Notes under the pieces: generated by a model | Told to the model about the DNA's origin: nothing | What the model saw: only the letters and a program-made list of their open reading frames with translations | Database searches by the model: none | NCBI GenBank assembly: GCA_964633425.1 | Contig: CAZWFX010000005.1 | Span: 1,750 to 65,749, forward strand | DNA length: 64,000 bases | Reading direction: 5' to 3' | From: an uncultured Candidatus Saccharibacteria bacterium | GTDB lineage: Bacteria; Patescibacteriota; Minisyncoccia; Phycocordibacterales; UBA2100 | Position numbers and translations under genes: made by a program | In this document: one piece after another, positions 60,934 to 64,000 of the stretch | Position numbering within the stretch: position 1 is the first letter of the stretch | How the letters are laid out: the number at the start of each line of letters is the position of its first letter

Positions 60934-61134
60934 TCATAGTTTTTGCTTGAGCATACGTAGGATAGCATCTTTTTCGTAGCGACGTACACGCTTCGTTCCT
61001 ATACGGATCGCGGGCAGGATACCCCTTGCGTCCCATTGCCGTAGAGTGTTCGGATGCACCTTCAAAACCTCGCACGCCTCGGTGAGCGTCAGGAGTTCAG
61101 GCACGGTCTTCGATTTGTCCTTGGATGAGGTCAT
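60934..61134 (-). CDS. Excisionase/MerR-type helix-turn-helix DNA-binding protein
   Basis: 66-aa ORF: LLTLTEACEVLKVHPNTLRQWDARGILPAIRIGTKRVRRYEKDAI. Confidence 0.75.
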   Translation of the reverse strand: MTSSKDKSKTVPELLTLTEACEVLKVHPNTLRQWDARGILPAIRIGTKRVRRYEKDAILRMLKQKL

Positions 61135-61224
61135 TGGAATAGTTACTTACCATTTGGTAACATCTATATTACACAGTCGCGGGCTTTCAAGCAACAGGAC
61201 CGAGCAATATTACGATTACCCAAA

Positions 61225-63432
61225 ATGAACTCAAAGCAGAAGATAAAATACGTAAAAGACGCGGTGCTCGAAAAGGCGGCCATCAGCCCCTCGGGGCCCT
61301 TTTGGATACGTTTATATAGCGTAACCGAATATGAGGACGGTCCGACTATCCTCTCTCGCGCCGAGCAGTGGTCGATACTGCAAAAACTAAAGCAGGAGCA
61401 CTTTCTGCAAATTGCACAGCTCGATGAAAAAGACAAAAATATTGCATGGGTCGAACTCGCACCTAAAGAGCCGCTGGGAAAGACACCAAAACGAGTAAGC
61501 AATCTTTACTCGCACATCAAAACGGTCGACGGACTGATAATACACAGGGAACTTTTTGAACGGTTCCGTGGGTTGCTGGGAGAGGCGCGTGAGATGCAGG
61601 CAGGCCACGCATACATATACCCCACAAGCGAGACAAATGACGACCTGATACAGTTGCTGATCGACCTGAATATCGTGAGCTATGACTGGGAAAAGCTGAA
61701 AGCGCAAACCCACCGCGAGGTCGGCAATCGAACCATCGAGTTCGAATATAAGGCCGACACGGTTCTTCCCATACTCGCACGCGTTTCTGGAAAAGGAGGC
61801 ATCCTTCGCAAGGAGGCGCTCGAACTCATTTCGAGAGAAATCGGGGAACGGTTCACGATGAGTAAAATGATCGAGGTGTTTGTGGATCTTGGCGTTCCCG
61901 AGACAATGTTCGTGCCAGATACCAAGTGGCGTGCGGCATTTTATGCACTCTCGTTCTACGCGACATCTAAAGACGAGCATCTACGGCTCCTGAAAATACT
62001 TGAGGGCATTTTGCACCCACTGATGTTCGGCGGAGATGAAACAAAAGCCCATGAGACACAGGAAAAGTATCGGTTGTGGCTCAAATATGATCGTATCCAC
62101 ATAGACGAGCATGGTAAGTTCTTTCTCGGACCGAGCGAGGAAGAAATCGAATACGGAATGGACGAATGGGTTGCGTCGGATGGAAAGATAGTGGAACCGT
62201 CTGCATACCTCATTTATCCAGAGCACCTCGCGGAACTGTGCGTGTTATGGACACAAATAATGATGCTCACTGGCGGCTACCAGAATAGGACAGGAGCCGA
62301 CCATAGAGAACTCGAAAAACTTTACCTTGATCTGTTGGGTAAGGTCGAAACGCTCGTCGAGTTTGGAAAGATTGGAGATCTCGCACAAAAGTATAAACGG
62401 CCGTTCTCCTCCCTTGCGACCGCCGAGATTGAGACCGCTCAAAACGGCGGTATCGGCGAGACATTGAATGCCTTTCTCAAGGAGATCAACGCATTACAGC
62501 CAGATCCCCAACAAATGCAAAAACAGATTGAGAAGCATGGCGAACTTCTTGCCCATGTTATTCATGCTACCCGCCTGATCATAGGAGATAAAGCAAACTT
62601 CGGTGACGTCTCTTACGATCAGGCGATATTCCTTCTCAAGCTTGTGGTCGGAAACATATTCAAGATACTCGACGCTGTGGCGAGCGGTCCGCTCAACATG
62701 GCTGACGAAGATCTGAATGAGAAATACATCCTTTTGGCCGATGCGTTACAAAAACTCCTCGAACGGCCCGATCTCAAAGAGATGCATGAGCAACTGCCAG
62801 ACATACCCGAACATCTCCTTGAAGGTCTCAACGAAATGGACGTATGGTGGGAATATTCAGGACCGCGCATTATGGGCTTCTATGGCGACGTTGAAAAACG
62901 CTGGATATTGTCTGGCCGTCGAATATTCCCAGTCATTGGCGATCTTGGATTGTTGTTCGACGATGTTGACGCTCGTGTGAATGAACATAACCGTGTGAAA
63001 AACACGAAGTGGGATAGGATGCTCAAGAATGCAGATGGGCTGCGTGAGCGGAGCGGGTTCGGCTTCCCGACACCTACCGCAAAATCCGAGCCAGATACCG
63101 ACATGCTCGAAGTAAAACTTTCCGACGGCGGTATCCTTACACTCAACAAAGCAACGGGCTCCACACGATTGAACACGACCCCCACACAACTCAACCCCGA
63201 AAGTCAGGAATACAACCTGCTTGCGAAACTGATGACCTCGAAGAACTACAAGGTCGCTTACAAGGATATTTTGACTGACAACTCAAAATCGACACGTCGT
63301 AACCTCACGTTCGTAGTACGCAATCTGAAAACGGGGCTCGGGATACTTCCCAAAGGAAAGGCGCAAAACAAAAACATCATCCGAAACATAAAAAGCCACG
63401 GCTACCAGCTGATAACCGAAATCACACTCTAA
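61225..63432 (+). CDS. Large hypothetical protein (735 aa) with a C-terminal OmpR/PhoB-type winged-helix-like domain
   Basis: ATG start and mostly helical sequence with no catalytic motif that I recognise. The C-terminal NPESQEYNLLAKLMTSKNYKVAYKDILTD...RRNLTFVVRNLKTGLGILPKGKAQNKNIIRNIKSHGYQLI fits the T..E..LL..L......V....L...........L...V..LR.KL......I.....GY.L pattern. Confidence 0.75.
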   Translation: MNSKQKIKYVKDAVLEKAAISPSGPFWIRLYSVTEYEDGPTILSRAEQWSILQKLKQEHFLQIAQLDEKDKNIAWVELAPKEPLGKTPKRVSNLYSHIKTVDGLIIHRELFERFRGLLGEAREMQAGHAYIYPTSETNDDLIQLLIDLNIVSYDWEKLKAQTHREVGNRTIEFEYKADTVLPILARVSGKGGILRKEALELISREIGERFTMSKMIEVFVDLGVPETMFVPDTKWRAAFYALSFYATSKDEHLRLLKILEGILHPLMFGGDETKAHETQEKYRLWLKYDRIHIDEHGKFFLGPSEEEIEYGMDEWVASDGKIVEPSAYLIYPEHLAELCVLWTQIMMLTGGYQNRTGADHRELEKLYLDLLGKVETLVEFGKIGDLAQKYKRPFSSLATAEIETAQNGGIGETLNAFLKEINALQPDPQQMQKQIEKHGELLAHVIHATRLIIGDKANFGDVSYDQAIFLLKLVVGNIFKILDAVASGPLNMADEDLNEKYILLADALQKLLERPDLKEMHEQLPDIPEHLLEGLNEMDVWWEYSGPRIMGFYGDVEKRWILSGRRIFPVIGDLGLLFDDVDARVNEHNRVKNTKWDRMLKNADGLRERSGFGFPTPTAKSEPDTDMLEVKLSDGGILTLNKATGSTRLNTTPTQLNPESQEYNLLAKLMTSKNYKVAYKDILTDNSKSTRRNLTFVVRNLKTGLGILPKGKAQNKNIIRNIKSHGYQLITEITL

Positions 63433-63491
63433 TCACAATACAGCACATCAAACCCACACTCGTTCCGTCCACTTGTACGGCGAAAAGAAAT

Positions 63492-63522
63492 AAAGTCGAG
63501 GTCGAAATGCCTCGACTTTTTC
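63492..63522 (+). terminator. Rho-independent terminator after the 735-aa gene
   Basis: AAGTCGAGG (63493-63501), loop TCGAAATG, CCTCGACTT (63510-63518), with a T5 run (63517-63521) that overlaps the last two stem bases. Confidence 0.65.
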
Positions 63523-63558
63523 GTTGCATTTCGACTTTACAAGTTAGCGATTATTACC

Positions 63559-63831
63559 ATGACCAAATCTAACCAAGACGATCTTTCGTTCTCCGACCCG
63601 CTGCAGGTCTGGACGACGTACGATCTTGGCGTTTCAGCCGCGCTCACATGCGCGGGTTTTGAGCTTTTACAGGTCGAGAAAAGCAACCCCCGTAAAGCAT
63701 TGTTTGTTTTCCGTCGCACCGACGGTATCGACGATGCGGCAGATCAATACTTTGCCGACCGCCTTGAGCTGAAAGCACGCGCATTCTTTGACGCGATCAA
63801 GGCGCTCAAGAACCGCCTCTACTCGGAATAG
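63559..63831 (+). CDS. DUF5659-like small protein
   Basis: 90-aa ORF: TTYDLGVSAALTCAGFELLQVEKSNPRKALFVFRRTDGIDDAADQYFADRLELKARAFFDAIKALKNRLY. This matches my memory of the DUF5659 pattern (LA..L...GFEL..v......r..FvF........y......v.a..f..al..LK.riy). Confidence 0.65.
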   Translation: MTKSNQDDLSFSDPLQVWTTYDLGVSAALTCAGFELLQVEKSNPRKALFVFRRTDGIDDAADQYFADRLELKARAFFDAIKALKNRLYSE

Positions 63832-63837
63832 AACCGT

Positions 63838-64000
63838 ATGCGTCTCACGGTCGAACATATCCGCCAGTTCCAAGAGCTTTACCGAAAACACCTCGGCAAA
63901 GAGATTAGTGAACAAGAAGCTCTCGATAAGGGCTTGAAGTTCGTGCATCTCATGGCGCGGATATATCGACCAATGACCCGTGAAGAGTACGACGCCGTAA
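63838..64000 (+). CDS. Hypothetical protein, N-terminal fragment (runs off the right edge)
   Basis: ATG at 63838, 6 nt after the previous stop. Reads MRLTVEHIRQFQELYRKHLGKEISEQEALDKGLKFVHLMARIYRPMTREEYDAV and is still open at the window end. Not in the ORF track. Confidence 0.5.
   Translation, partial: MRLTVEHIRQFQELYRKHLGKEISEQEALDKGLKFVHLMARIYRPMTREEYDAV

Noticed and set aside
60714-60989. Longer GTG-initiated form of the mod gene (726 aa)
   Set aside because: It would overlap the HTH gene by 56 nt. The extra 92 aa have no methyltransferase-like sequence, whereas the LQWSGKRPL-type N-terminus begins right after M93. The longer form cannot be fully excluded.
61147-61160. Palindrome TTACC-ATTT-GGTAA in the divergent region between the HTH gene and the 735-aa gene, considered as an operator
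   Set aside because: Only 5-bp arms and a single copy, so it cannot be distinguished from chance.
63450-63475. Short similarity (CCGTCCACTTG) to the 53171-53291 direct repeats (CCGTCACTTGC), considered as a possible island att site
   Set aside because: It is about 10 nt with an indel, too short to be meaningful without a computed search and the missing right flank.
1-64000. Alternative genetic code (UGA or UAG recoding, as in some CPR lineages)
   Set aside because: Genes with clear motifs terminate cleanly at TGA, TAA and TAG. The giant ORFs are uninterrupted under the standard code, and no gene looks split at a stop codon.

Overview
High-GC, gene-dense window read with the standard genetic code; almost all coding is on the minus strand. 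The gene content (cohesin/dockerin proteins, a DUF5659-type gene, a four-helix-bundle gene, a DGR, giant surface ORFs) suggests a CPR/Patescibacteria-like uncultivated bacterium, but that is inference only. There are three blocks. (1) 1-51.2 kb is a cell-surface island. It holds two giant ORFs (6386..16921, about 3,511 aa, tail-fibre-like repeat protein; 30407..49516, 6,369 aa, mosaic protein), three paralogous membrane-anchored two-domain beta-rich proteins, four cohesin-like and two dockerin-bearing proteins, an FN3 protein and a MacB/FtsX-type ABC pair. (2) 51.2-53.1 kb holds housekeeping genes: Hsp20, signal peptidase I and a PKD-domain membrane protein. (3) 53.1-64 kb is an accessory island. 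It holds a complete diversity-generating retroelement (RT, an inverted Avd-like gene, TR 55016-55147, VR 55483-55614 at the 3' end of a 195-aa target with no signal peptide), a Type III restriction-modification system (mod/res), small HTH and DUF5659-type genes, and a 735-aa orphan with a C-terminal winged-helix-like domain. I recognised no rRNA, tRNA or CRISPR array. The strongest finding is the DGR: in a hand alignment, 16 of 18 TR/VR mismatches fall on TR adenines, and its layout is unusual (antisense Avd-like gene, G14 tract in the RT 3' end, heptamer array after the VR). All family names come from motif recognition by eye; no searches were run.
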